Assembly (NCBI GenBank): GCA_964016885.1
Contig: OZ024742.1
Coordinates: 147,436,001 to 147,500,000, forward strand
Origin: Eledone cirrhosa
Lineage: Eukaryota
DNA: 64,000 nucleotides
Direction: 5' to 3'
Shown: positions 1-13,790 of the stretch, piece by piece
How the letters are laid out: each line of letters begins with the position of its first letter
How positions within the stretch are numbered: the stretch's first letter is position 1
Translations under genes and position numbers: made by a program
The notes under the pieces: model-generated
Seen by the model: only the letters and a program-made list of their open reading frames with translations
Databases searched by the model: none
What the model was told of the DNA's origin: nothing

Positions 1-1571
1 TTTCCTCCGTGAACTTTCTATCAAAGAATACAGTGTCTAATGTGTCTTTCCTTTTTTTTAAGGGTGTGATTTTAGGGAGATTTGACTGGTTTTTTTCTTC
101 TAGTTGGTCGATTGATAGGCTCCTGCGTTTAATGTAAAAGCATCAGCTGGAACATATTTCTTTTCTAAATATATCGATGTCTCCGTTATTGTATTGTTTA
201 TTATAGAAAGCTCTGAACATCGAACGTATTATGATTAGATGTTTAAGAAAAGATACTTTTACTGAATCTATTTTTCAATATGTTAGAACATTGTTTGCTT
301 TTTCATATAAAGAAGTCTAAATATTTGGTTTCATCAGTAACCAAGATATATATAGTATACATATTTGACTCGTGTATTTTAAACACATCTCTAGAACAAC
401 TTCAATTAAAGCATTGAAGAATCTTAATTCTTTGTTATAATTAAAAATAAATATGCTTAGTTTAAAAATTGAATTCGAAGTTGGGGAAATATATTAGTAG
501 ATGTTTTGAGTTGTACTTGTCTGGCAAGTGACTTTATACGAGACCGTGTGTTTAAACTAAAGCAATTACATCGTGGAAGACATTTTCGCTATTGAAAAAC
601 ACAAAAACTGTTAAATTCACTTTACATTTAATTTTGACACCAACAAATAAATATAAAGCGAATTTAATAGTTTTGAATGGTTAAAATGACTTCCACGATG
701 TAATATGATAAATAACTATTGAGATAAAGTGAAGGGAAACTTTGAAATGAGAAATCATAAATGTTATATTTATTCCATCCAAAATTATATATTTTAGTAT
801 TTTTTAAATATGATTATTATTGATGAACTGTTTTTCTTTTTCATTATTGTTTATTTAATCCATTTATGTTTTATAAATATCACTACAAAATCAGAAAACA
901 GTTTTTGTTGCCGTGTAGTCAATCATCATCCACATGTTAAAATTGAGCCAGAGCAAGTACCTGCTTTAATCCAAGTTAATATGTAATAGATTAATTTTGA
1001 GAGTTTTCTCGAGTCTTTGAAATAAATAAACATTTAAAACTATGTTGTTTAACTTATTTATTTCATCTGCCATAAAAAATATATCTATTTGTTATTGATG
1101 TTTAGCTTTAGATTAGTCCTAATCGAACCGGCCTATGATCAGAGACAATCGCTCAGTGGCCATCTCATCTTTTTATTGATATTTAGGATTACATTATATA
1201 ATGTCCTTTCCTTGGGTGTCATTTAAGGTAGTTTGGCTGCTATTTCTAGCAAGTTGAGCAAGCATGTGTTTATATATAATGTATTTGTAATGTTCTTCTC
1301 AACGAATTGCGAGCAATTTATAATGTTATTTAAACAACTTTTGGGGCTTTTACTTTTGATGTAATTTTACATTGACTTTTGTCTGTATTTTAAAATATCC
1401 AAACTCTTCCATGAATGGATTGTTAGAGAAGAAAAAAAGGTTACAGAATACAGCAGAGATTTAGAGATATATTGTGAAGAGAAATTTATAAAATTGTAAC
1501 AAAAGCAACCTGTTGAATATCAAATCTAGAGCAGTTTGTCAACTTGAATATTGATAATCAACAATACATGT

Positions 1572-1603
<32 letters not shown>

Positions 1604-3299
1604 GGCAATGGTCTTTGGGCGAAATTTGAACGATGTCTACTTTGTCTTGATAATGGTTTCTAATTTTGGCACAAGGCCAACAATTTTGAGGGAAGGGAAA
1701 GTGATTATTTCGGCCCAGTATTTTTTATCGATCTCGGAAGGATGAAAAGCCAAGTTGACTTCGGTGGGATTTGAACACAGAACGTAAAGAGCCGGAACAA
1801 ATACTGCTAAGAATTTATCCGACGCTCTAACGACTCCGTAATGGTGATTTCTAATTTAGACACAAGGCCAGCAATTTGTGGGGAGGGGAAAGTCGATTAT
1901 ATCGATCACATTACTTAATTTACTTTATTTTATCGACCCCAGAAATATGAAAAGCAAAGTTGTTCTCAGCGGGAATTGAATTCAGAACGTAAAGAGACAG
2001 GAAAAATACTGATACGCATTTGTTTGATGCTTTAACAACTTAGCAAAATCCGCCACATTACTTTGTCTTAATAATAATAATTGTTTCTACGTTAGGCACA
2101 AGGCCAGCAATTACCCAGTGCATTACTGGTACTTTATTTTATCGACCCCGTAAGGATGAAAGGCAAAGTTAACCTTGGCGGGATTTGAACTCAGAATGGC
2201 AAGGGCCGTAACTCTATACGTCAAAGCATGGCGTCCGATCCTCTACCAATACTGCCAATCCACCGCCTACTAATAATAATTGTTTCTACGGTCTCTGATT
2301 TAGGCACAAGGCCAACAATGTGGGGAGGGGAAAGTCGATTAAATCGATCTTTCCTTCCCCAAAATGCATTACTAATACTTTATTTTATCGACCTCGTAAG
2401 GATGAAAGGCAAAGCTAACCTCGGCGGTATTTAAACTCCTAACGTAAAGGGTCGTAACTGTATGCTGCAAAGCATAATAAGCCGAATGGCGATGATGAAA
2501 ACAAACAATACCTATAATGATAGGTGCTCTGGGAATGATAAAAAAATCACTGACAGATACATTACCAAAATCCCTGGACTTAAAAAATATATATACAGTA
2601 GACAAAAATAGCACTACTAGACACTGCACACTTATTACAAAGAGTTCTCTCAATACAATAGAAACAACACCACCAAAAACTAACACTGCACATACCCAAG
2701 GCGCACAGAGCTGTACTTGGTAATGCACAATCAAAATAAGACAATAATAATAACATACTAATGATTCTATCAATCCATCAATAATAATTGTTTCTACTTT
2801 TGGCACAAGGCCAGAAATTACCCAATGCATTACTGGTACTTTATTTTATCGACCCCCGTAAGGATGAAAGGCAAAGTCAACCTCGGCGGGATTTGAACTC
2901 AGATCGTAAAGGAACATGTTCTGATATGTTCATAGGTGTTCCTAGTCTATTTTTATTTTTTAAAGGACAACATTTATGCTCATAGATATATGATATTAAA
3001 AGTGTAATTAAAAGCATGGATGAGTTGAGAGAAAAACTGGATGTAAGAGGAATCAGATGTATGTAAGAGAGATGACTGATATGGGTATGTCCTGCATATG
3101 GATGATGATAACTGAGTGAAAACATGTCAAATGGAAGGAAGCTGTAGTAGATGTAGATTTGAGTAGAAGTAGTGAGAGCTCATCTCAAATCACTGAACCT
3201 CACAGAGAAGTGATGAAGGGATGCAGCAAGTGAAGGAATGCTATGCTGGAAAAGACTCAGCTAAACTATGCAAGCATGGAAAACAGAATGTAAAATGAT

Positions 3300-3640
3300 G
3301 ACTTAGTGCATTTTATCATAGTACCAGCACTACCACTATACAGAGTGTACTAAGTACATTTTATTGTGGTACTAGTACTATTACTTTACAGAATGTACTG
3401 AGTACATTTTTCTCATGGTATCAGCACTACCATTTTGCAGAATATACTGAGAGCATTTCATTATAGCACCAGCACTATTACTTTACAGAATGTACTGAGT
3501 ACATTTTTCTCATGGTACCAACACTACTATTTTACAATGTACTGAGTACATTTTATTGTTGCACCAGCATTATCACTTTACAAAGTGTACTGGAAGTATT
3601 TTAGTGTTGCACCAGCACTACCATGTTACAGAGTATACTG
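3300..3640. repeat. About 43-bp degenerate tandem array CCAGCACTACCACTTTACAGAGTGTACTGAGTACATTTT (related inverted units at 18360-18730 and 42030-42180)
   Basis: Direct inspection; resembles the internal repeats of the RTE 3' UTR. Confidence 0.7.
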
Positions 3641-4868
3641 GTTCCATATTGCAGTTGCTACAAAGGAAAACAAATATTGTTTGCCTCAAATTTGACCTGT
3701 AAGACCAAATGAAAAACCTATTGGTACACCCAACCGGAGAAATTCTGTAGATGACTGCAAAATACATTAGTCAAAGAAATTTCATACAACCAAGTATTTC
3801 ACTAGAGCTTAGGTTGTAGTAACATAAAATAGAAATCACAAATGATACTTTGTCATTGATTTCTCTACCAACGACAACAACTATGTTATTCCTGATGCTG
3901 TTCCACTGCCTGCCACTGAGACTAGGTGTGTCAGATATACCTTCCATTTTTAATATCTTCTGGTAACTTGTCATGACTGGTACAAAAGTCTGGCATTCAC
4001 TGACTCTTTCCATTGTTACAATTAATGTCCTGTACCACTTGAAACTGCATTCACAAGACATTCATAAAAAGTATAAAACAGTACTATGACTATATCATAT
4101 TAAAAATTGAAGTCTTTACTTTAGTTTAATGCAAATTTTCACAAAGACCTGTCCACCAGTAAAAAATATTTAAATATTTAAATTAACAAACCCATTATAG
4201 ATATTTGCTGCTAAATCCTTACAGGATGTTAAGAGTTAAATATAGTGACGACACAACATAATCATAGACAAATTGAACATTGCCCAGTAACTAGGTAGAC
4301 CTCCCAGATCTGTGAAGATACAGTGTTATCACACACAACTGTGGAGAACAAAGCATCTGATAAAAGAGGGTTGATGGTGGTCTGCCTGGCAGGAGAGAGT
4401 GAAGTTAGAGGACTGAATAATTAAGAGGGGTAGATTAAACAAAATTTTAATCTTTTGTCCAAGATCTTAAACTTAACTCTTAATGTCTTGCACTCCATGG
4501 AACTACATTAGTAGGCATTCTTTAAAAGTACAAAATAGCACTAGGACTACATTACATTAAAAACTAGTCTTTACTTTAATATTGCATAGTTTCTCAACTG
4601 TACACTAGTAAAGATAATATAAGCATTTGAATTAACAAAACTGTTTTTAGATATTTTCTAGTAAATCATTACCAGATGTTACAAGTTAAATATGATCTTT
4701 TAATTTTCTGGCTAAATCAAAAATTGCCATTTATAAGCTTAGTTTTTTAACTTTTTTTGCTTTTAACAATTTGTTTGGTTTTTAACTTTTAAACACTTAT
4801 TTTTCTTTGTCATTTTAAACAAAAATATTATTTTTTATGTTTAATAAATGTTTTTCTGTACATTCCAG

Positions 4869-4940
4869 AAACTGCTCTCAATCATGTTGATGATGAGAAA
4901 AATGATGCAGTCTTTTACAAATTTCGTCATCCTTGCACAG
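4869..4940 (+). CDS. RNASEH2B: RNase H2 subunit B, coding exon 2 (TALNHVDDEKNDAVFYKFRHPCT)
   Basis: AG/GT-bounded 72-bp exon, phase 1/1; KFRHPCT matches the KLxxPCSG motif of RNASEH2B; joins in frame to the next exon. Confidence 0.88.
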
Positions 4941-6181
4941 GTAAAAATTTGATAAAGCTAATTATCTAGAATTTAGTAACTATTTCTATGACATACAAAA
5001 TTGAAAACCTTACAAACATTTTACTGTATTATTCTTTCCTTTTATTTTTTTAATGGTTTCAGTCGTTTGATTGCAGCCATGCTGGGCCACCACCTTCAAG
5101 TGATTTAATCAATCATATCAATCCTAGTACTTACTTTTTCTACTGCACAACAGTGAGACATGGATGGTTAATGCTGATGATATATAAAGGCTGGAGAGTA
5201 ATGAAATTAGCTTGCTCTATTGAATGTGTAATATTAATTGCATGAATGAGCCGAGAGAAAAACTGGGTATGAAGGTAATCAGATGTAGTGCAAAAAGGAA
5301 AGATTGCAGTGGTATAGATATTATGTGATGTATATGGATGATGATTGTTGGGTGAAGAAATGCCAAGAGATCTCAGTGGATGGAAGCTGCAGTAGAAGAC
5401 CAGGGCAGAAATAGTGAAAGCTGATCTCAAAATGCTAAACCTCATGAAGGTGATGGTGGAATGAGGCTGTACTGAAAAAGACCCATCCAACTTTTGCAAG
5501 CATGGAAAAATAGACATAAAATGATGATGGTCCTTATTTTATTGATTGATATTAGTTGAACTGCTAGGTTATGAGACATAAACAGTAAACTCAGACATAC
5601 ATACATGTATACATACATATCATCATCATTTAACAAGTCTTCCCTGCTAGCAGGTGTTGGTTGGGTCTTCACAAATAGAGCCAGTACTCAAGCAGAGTTA
5701 CTGGCCTCAGATGGGCCAGGGGCCTGTAATTCACTTACATATGATTCCGTGCTCTACCAGATAAATTTTATGACACCAACACTGAAGAGGTTGTTATGTC
5801 TTTGACACAGCTAATGGATCTTCCTGACCTTTTGTTTGACAGGTTTTATTACAGCTGGATGTCCTATAGTCCAGTGGAGGTGGGTTTACAAATTGTTACA
5901 TTTGGATGAAATCCATTCTGTGTATCCTACCTCCTGCTGCAAATTGTGACTGGTAGATAGTATCAACAACAGAAGACCCAATAGAACAATTGGTTCCTTT
6001 CCTTTTTTTAGTAATATAACAATTCCATAATGATTTGATAATCATATGTGGAATCGTTCATTAAAAATATAGTAATGAAAGAGTTAAATGTTCAATTAGT
6101 TTCTGTTATGCCAGTTACATTATAATATTATAATTCCTTGCCATTTCTCTCACTAATACTTTCTCCCCTTTGAATCTGCAG

Positions 6182-6289
6182 ATGAATGCAACATATTTCT
6201 CATCACCCATAATGGTCAAAATGTATTTGAAGTTACAAACTTCAAAGAAGAATTTCGTTCCTGGTTATTTGAAAATTCTGTTGTTGAAG
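6182..6289 (+). CDS. RNASEH2B: RNASEH2B exon 3 (DECNIFLITHNGQNVFEVTNFKEEFRSWLFENSVVE)
   Basis: ctgcag|...|gtaagt, 108 bp; FEV..FKE..RSW motif of the RNASEH2B N-terminal barrel. Confidence 0.93.
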
Positions 6290-7209
6290 GTAAGTCATTA
6301 TTTTCAACCATTTCTCTGTAAAATTCATCATCATCACTGTTTTTATGTCTGCTTCTCCATGTTGTCGTGGGTTGGACAGGATATTTTACAGCCCAGTGAC
6401 TGTCATGACTCCCAATCCTTTTACTCACTTCTCATGGCATGCTGGAATATGATGTACCTATTTTAAATACCAGGATAAAATACATTATCAAAATAATTGT
6501 TCTCTCTACATAAAACAATACAACAACAAGCATTTTAATGCTATTTTCCCTGTTAAAGCAGAGGTTGGCTTCATGCACATGATGGAGTTCTTTTTGAGGC
6601 AATAATTTACAGCCAAGATAGCCTTCCTGGCACCTATTACGACATGTAGGAATACAGTGTACCTATTGTGAACCAGATAGAGACTGAATCTCTCTATGGG
6701 AGGACCCTTCAATCGTGTCAAGAACATGACAGCCTCTCTAGTGTTGATGATAAATCCACCCAGTACATGCAAAGTGGTTGGTGAGAGGAAGGGCATTCAG
6801 CTGTAGAAACCTTGCCAAACAAAGGGTTGGGAAGAGCCTTCAAGTATATCAAAGACATGACAACCTCTCCTGTGCACTCGGTAGAACATGAGACTGTATG
6901 TAAGTGAGATGCAAACTCCTGGCCTGTCTGGGAGGTCTGTAGCCCCATTTCAATATTGACTTGCTCTGTGTAGACTCATTGAACTCTTGCTAGCAGGGAA
7001 AGTTGGCGTTAAAACAATAATGGTGATTCTTGTTAAATTAATACATTCACTCTATTGCAAGCATTTAGACCAGGTCTCCAGTTTGAGGATAATTTCCTCG
7101 CTCCTCTCTCACCAAGTATAGGCACTGTCCTTCCTTGGTTAAACAATATTAAAAAAAAAACCCACTGCATTGAGAAGCAATTTTTTATGTAAAAAAAGGT
7201 AATTTAGCC

Positions 7210-8510
7210 TATCATCATCATCATTGTTTATCTTCCATGCTAGCATGGGTTAGATGGGAATTGAGGCAAGATTATTCGGGTAAATGTGTCTCACTCGTAT
7301 AGGACTATCTGGCAGGTTTTCTATGGCTGGATGCCCTTCCTAACACCACCCACATTTACAGTGTGGACTGGGAGCCTTTTTACCATGTCTCCTACATGAC
7401 CACTTTATAGCGTGAACTGGGTTTTTTTTTTTGTCGCGACACCTACATGACCTCTTTAGTTTGGACTGGATGTTGTGGTACCAACATAACTTTACAGAGA
7501 AAGGGTGGTGTTGGTGGGAGTGGGAGGATGGAGTAGGAGTAGTGGGTTGGGTGTATATTTGGTTAAGAGGAGCCTACTGACTGAAGGTTAACTTTGTACG
7601 TAGGGAAGGCGGGTCTTCTGTATTACTGCGTAGCGGCAAAGGTCTCGATCCAGTGACATTGTCTTGGAGAGGTGTAAGTGTACAAGGTCGGATTTTATCA
7701 TGTAGTCCCAGGTTTTTCTGGGTCTACCTAATCCGTAACTTCCATCAATTTTGATTGCCCTGCACTTTTTTATACAGCTGTCGTCTTTGATGCGCATCAC
7801 ATGACCAACGTAATCTTCTCTCAAGTAAATAGCATCTGATCCCTCTTATTCCTAATTTCTCATTTAGTTTGTTTATGTTTTGCTGTTTGTGTATATTACT
7901 ATTAGACATCCAACGGAGCATGCATGCTTTGTTCCTTTCCAATCTGCACAGGTCCTCTGCAGATAATGCCTATGTCTCACTTGAGGCATAGAATGGAATT
8001 TCTACCTACTTTCCTACACACTGAGCATGGCCATTTCCCAGAGGGCACCTGTGCCCTATTTTCCTTTCTACATACTAGACTTTAGTCTTAGACAAGTTAA
8101 CTTTAAGGCCTTTTGATTCTAGGCCATGCTTCCATGTTTGGAATTTCTTCTCTAGTTCAGCCATAGATTCAACTATGGAAGTTAGATCATCTGCATATAG
8201 AAGTTCCCATGGGCAGCCGGTCTTAAACTCCTCTGTTATAGCCTGAAGGGCAATAATAAACAGGAGGGGGCTAAGGATAGAGCTTTGATGAACACCTATT
8301 TTTATGCTAAATTCTTCACTGTATTCATTGTTAATTCTAACCTTGCTGACTGTTTCTCTATACATGACTTGTATAGCTCTCACAAGCCATTCATCTACTT
8401 CTAGTTTTCTAAGGGCCCACCAGATAATGAAGTGGGGGACTCTGTCGAAAGCTTTCTCCAAGTCAACAAAAGCTAAGTAGAGGGGTTTACTTTTAGCTAG
8501 GTACTTCTCT
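7210..8510 (-). mobile_element. RTE LINE fragment, internally deleted
   Basis: EKAFDRVP, LLYADDL, GRPRKTW; same 3' UTR and tail as the 28 kb copy. Confidence 0.88.
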
Positions 8511-9059
8511 AAAAATCAATAAAATAAATTCTAGTGTCAATTGATCCACAAATAATGGTAATAATTGTTTCTACTTTTGGCACAAGGCCAGCAATTATCT
8601 CAGTGTATTACTGGTACTTTATTTTATCGACCCCGTAAGGATGAAAGGCAAAGTTAACCTCAGTGGGATTTGAACTCAGAATGGCAAGGGCCGTAACTCT
8701 ATGCGTCAATAATAATAAATTATAATCAATTGTTAAGTTGTTATTGATAATGGTGTTGTTCAACTCCTGATGCATACTTATATTTGAAGTCGTTCCAGCC
8801 ACGATCATCTTGTCAGTTTATTATCTGGGAATACATTATCAACATCATTGTTTTTATGTCCACTTTTCCATGCTGACATGGGTTGGATGGATTATTTTGA
8901 GACAATGTTTTACAGCTGGATGCCCTTCCTCATGCCATCTTTTAGTTACCTCGTATTCCTATTTTAAGATGATAAAATGTTTTTTGAAGGAAATTAGGTT
9001 ACTATTTTTAGCAGAATATATGTATATATTTTTAACGTTTTGTTGTTTTCCCTTTTCAG

Positions 9060-9136
9060 ATGGCTCCCTTTTATTTGTTACTCCCATTGACCCTCTGTTC
9101 CTTGTTTTGCCCTACTTAATGAAGGCACAGAAAAAG
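9060..9136 (+). CDS. RNASEH2B: RNASEH2B exon 4 (DGSLLFVTPIDPLFLVLPYLMKAQKK)
   Basis: ttcag|...|gtaac, 77 bp; diagnostic TPxDPLFLxLxYL motif. Confidence 0.95.
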
Positions 9137-10419
9137 GTAACATAATATAAAATGACTTTTTGGACTTGCATATATTTGATAGGTGACCTGATTTGCATAT
9201 GTGTTGAAATTGTAACAATTTAGATGGACAAGTCAGTTTAACCATTAACCATTTCATTACCTGTGATTTTCAAATAATTTAGAAAATCAAAAATGTAGAG
9301 GGATTTAGTAAATCTTTCTCATTATTAACCATTTAGCATTTACATTGCTCTATATTTACTATTATAGTGTCACTAAAGGCTTTATCTTGCATAATTATCC
9401 CACATGTTATTTATTTTGATAACAATACCTTAATGTCAGTATGAGTGGCCAATTATGGTCAGTTTGAACAGAAAGAGATGAGAAAATTCTGGCCAGATAT
9501 GTCCTGTTTAAATGCTAAAAGGTAAAGCTGGTGTTTGACCATAACTTAACAAAGCTTCATACATAAAATTATGATGAGGTTGTTGTTGTTGTTACAGCTC
9601 ACCTAGGTATGTTTAGCTTATCTGCTATGGGGTTATATCTCATAAGTAGTTTCTTTGGTGTTTTAATGATAGGAGCCTCAGTCTTATCAAACACCAATCT
9701 TTTGTAGGGGTTAACTCCCAGTACTTATGTTTTTTCAGCTGCATGGACTGCCACAATGTAAAATGCAGTTACTTGCTCAAGCACATATCACACTACTGGG
9801 TCTGGGGATTAAACATTATGATTGTGAGTCCAACATCTTAACTACATCTTCATAAGTTTGTTAGATACATATAAACACTTTAATTCTTTTGACACCAAAC
9901 TGCCTGGAACCAGTACTAGTTCTATGTTAAAGTGTTTATCATCATGATCACCGTTTAACATCTATTTTTCCAAGCTAGCATGGGTTAGATGAGTTGTCCT
10001 GTTGTGAGACAAGTCAGAGCAGGTGACCATGTATTGCTGATACAGAACTGGTTTATATTTATCTAAAAACTTTCCATCATAATTTTATGTAAGAACGATT
10101 GATAAGTTATATTCCAAACATGATAATAATGAGAAATTTTAAATTATAATATTAAACCTGTCCTAATTCTTGAATATTTGCAAAATTATTTTAAAATGTA
10201 AGCAGTGTCTTTCATTAGAAATATGGTAATGAAAGGGTTAAAGTGTTTATATTTATCTAAAAACTTTCCATCATAATTTTATGTAAGAACTTATGTTTAG
10301 TCTTTGGAAATAAGTAGAACTTAATTTTTATTATACAGAGCATATAAATAAATTTACAGTAGAATAACATAAAAATGTTTTAAATATATACATAAATAAC
10401 ATTACAAATGCTTAGATAA

Positions 10420-13400
10420 CATTATAAATTGCTCGCGATTCTTTCAGAAAGATATATTCTTTTAATGTTACAATATTAAAGAAAATGTATGTAAAGGGAG
10501 GGGTGAACAACCGAGCCAACACCAGAGCAAAAGACAGCAACGTCGCGAGGAGTACCGGGCGACCTCTCTAATGATTTTTGAGGCAAGCCAGCACACTCGC
10601 AGCGTTGCCTCGGGTGATGGCGAAGCTAATGCGCTGGAACAACCAAGCGCCCTCGCGAGATTCGCCAGTTACCTCTATTAGGCGAGCCGCCAGTGAAGAG
10701 AGGAACCTCGCAGAAAGCGGCCCGACTTCCCCAAACGTCTCGAAAGCCACAGGCTGAAAAATGTAGCTGGCCGACAGATCAGAGTATTTGAGGGTCTTAC
10801 TCCGCTCGGCTGCAGAAGCTGTGGCTCTTGTCTTAACCGCAGGATCCAGGATGTGGGAAAAAGCAAAAGAGTCACTAACAGTGACGTCCCAGACAATGTT
10901 ACACTATTAAAGAAAATGTAAACTGAGCCAACACCAGAGCAACAGACAGCAACGTCGTGAGGAGTACCGGGCAACCTGAGAATGAGGTTTAGCTCCGTGT
11001 GACGCGCGAAGTGGCCGGCATTCAGGCGGCAAGAAAGACTGTGGAGTCGAGGAGTTTGCCGCATCAGCACCTCAAACCCATGCAGACATGAAGTTTGTCT
11101 AGACTGAGTAGGCTACCAGCGTTGGCCACAGGTAGGGCCTTAACCCAGTCGCCTGAGTATTTGGCGCTGGCAGATAGTAAGCGGCACCTTGCAAACTGAT
11201 CCGACTGGTCGAAGGTGGCCTTCAAACTTATGCTGCCCCAAGTTCTCTGACTTCGACTGTCCTCCACCTTCTCAGGAAGAGACAAGCCCAACTCACTCCA
11301 TTGCTGGAGAGCTTCACCCAACTCCCTGTTGGAACCAGTCCATGTTGGAGAGGAGGGGATGCTGCTCACCAGGGTGGAGCAAGCGTGGGTGGAGGAAAGG
11401 AAGCAGGGGAGAGAGAGGGACAAACACTTACAAAGACCAAGACCCTCAAATCGCTTGGGCAATGCAACCTCATCGCAGAGAGAGTCTAACATTTACCAGG
11501 CACTCGAGTCTCTCGAAGATTAGGTCGTCGAAGCTTTGGAGGCAGGACAGAAATCTGAGAGGGGCTGACCCTGAGTATGAAGAAACCTTGATGGGGTTCG
11601 ATAACTTCAATATTCCTCAGCAGCTGCTCAAGGCCAACCATCTTCGATTGGAAGATGGACTCGAAGGCAAGGTCTGTAATTGGGGCTCCTAAGGAGCTCC
11701 AAGCCGATGGGGGAAGGACCGCAATGGAAGGGAAGGACTCTGCAAACAAGTCGATTAGCTGTTGGTGTTGAGAAACCGGGTGGCTGAGAATCCAGAGCTC
11801 ACATTTGGAGCTATTGACCTGGAGACCCCGGCGGCCAAGCTCCTCAACCATTTTGTTGGCAGTGGCGAGAACCCTATCCGGAGTTCCCCCCCAAACAAGC
11901 GTCGTCGAGGTACCAGACATTGAGGTCCAACTTAACCCCATCTTGGAGACGTCATCAATGCCCAGTGCAAACAGAGCGGGCCCGAGTGGGTCACCGAAAG
12001 AGAGGTAGGAGGGCTCTTGATAAGCCTGCCAAGCAAAATGGTAGAGTTGTGGGACCCTCTCTCTTACTGAGTCGAGGACGACGTCGCGGCTGATGGAGTT
12101 GCTGAGGTCAAGTTTGTGGATGACCTTGGTGGACAAGGAGGGCAAGTTGGTAATGTGCAGTCAACCGCAATGCGGCGCAGGTCTCCGTTGGGCTTGGTGA
12201 GACCAAATAGCTTCGCACCGAAGGACAGTGGGCGGATGAACGGGAGAACGTTCACTGAAGAGAACTGATTCACAAACTGAGTCAGACTCTCCAAGAGCTT
12301 GAGTCCGGCGTCACCGGCCGATAAGGAGATACCATCCTTCAGGTGTTGAGGACGAAGGCCGTCAATTCCCGCACCTGACCCAGCGAGGAAGGATGAAATC
12401 GCCTTTCTGATGATATTGGTGGTGTAAACCGGTCTCGAGTATTCTGGTGGTTCAGGCCAGTGTAGCTGATCATCTGGGGGTGCCGATGAGTGCTTCTCTT
12501 TCAGTTGCTCAAGAGAATCAGAGTTGCACGGAGCAAGGGAGGTCAGAGAAGAGAGGAGACGGACAGCCCCTTTAATGTCAAATTTGCTGAATTTGGCATT
12601 GACCGCTCGCTTGAGGTCTATCGGTTGCCTGTTGGTGGACACCGGGCTCGATGTTGAACTGAGGTGAAGCGTGGTTGGGGTGGACTCAAACAGATGGAAC
12701 TGCCGCTTGAGAGAGGACGTGAGGGAACCCGAATTCGCATTGTGCACGTGAAGAGAGATGAGGGGAAACAAAAACAATTTCTGCCAGTCAGACCTATTGT
12801 TGGACGAGCAAACGTTTTTCAATAAATTAGAGAGGACACGTGCAAAGCTATTCCAAGCTCTCTAAGGGATCGGGTTAACGAGCTTTGATTTGGAGAAACC
12901 CTGGAGGGCTGTGGCAAAGTCGTCGGTAGAGAGTTGGTCATCGAAGCGCGGGGCATCCCCACGGAATACGTCGGAGCTGAAGTGGCACCGATTACAGGTC
13001 CAGTGTTGAAGCCTTTCGGCTTGAGCTTTGGTGATGCCGACACAGCTTCTGTGGTAGCTTGCGTGGAATAGGTGACATTTAATTGTCTTTAAGTACTGGC
13101 TAGTGTGGGCACAGAGAGCACAATCAGGTGGTGGGCTGGCAGCAGAGGGCCAGCGTTGGAATTCGGTGGAGGGAGTGAGTCAGTAAAGGAGACAGCAGTG
13201 GTTCTAATGGTGGGACTAGAGCGGAGGTTGGGTGGTGTGGTTGGCCGGGTTGAATTCGCTCAGAATCTGTGGTGAAGAGGAGGAGGGGGTAGGTGGGGGA
13301 AGTTAGCTTCTCTCGTGCGTGCCAAAGTTGGTGGAGAATGATAGGTCGAAGGCTGACTGTTTGTCACATAGTTGTTCCACCAAGCAGGTCTCTTGGTCGT

Positions 13401-13790
13401 TCGACGCATGCCACCGCCACCTAGAGTGGACTAGGTTAAAGTGGTGGCAACTTTATCACTCGGCAATCGCCGATGATAGTTCGGTCGAAACATCAGGCCA
13501 CCGACGGGTCAAGCGAGGACGAAGTAAGGGGTGAGCAGAGGTAGGGATAGAAAGTGGAGAAGGGGGGAGAAGATTATGAGTGCGTGGAGATGAGTGTGGT
13601 CATGTGAGAGGCAGGTAAATACAGTGGATGAGAAAGAACAATGGTAATGCAAAGAGAAGGAAAATAAGAACGTTAGAAGTACAAAATCTAAGGCTGTGAG
13701 TTTGTGTAATATTTCGCATGGGTAAATCCGCAGTAAAATCAGAAATTGTGAGTTTGTGTAAAAATCCACAAGGGCAAGGCTGCAGTAAAG
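10420..13790 (-). mobile_element. Degenerate CRE-clade non-LTR retrotransposon (RT plus restriction-like endonuclease) in RNASEH2B intron 4
   Basis: GC-rich island; frameshifted ORF pieces GSGAGIDGLRPQHLKD, GDLRRIAV, GDPLGPALF, SGDWVKALP, C...ARHTELN, VWDVTVSD, FETFG, WLFQRISFAITRGNA; ends approximate. Confidence 0.85.

Noticed and set aside
1-4868. RNASEH2B exon 1 and promoter
   Set aside because: No convincing ATG-containing phase-1 exon found; probably upstream of the window
11189-12008. Plus-strand ORFs over the CRE, Tc1 and RTE elements (also 48179-49160, 53494-53835, 28753-29058 on -)
   Set aside because: Antisense shadows of transposon coding sequence
10420-13500. GC-rich island as bacterial or viral horizontal transfer
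   Set aside because: Motifs are those of a CRE-clade retrotransposon, with related remnants elsewhere in the window
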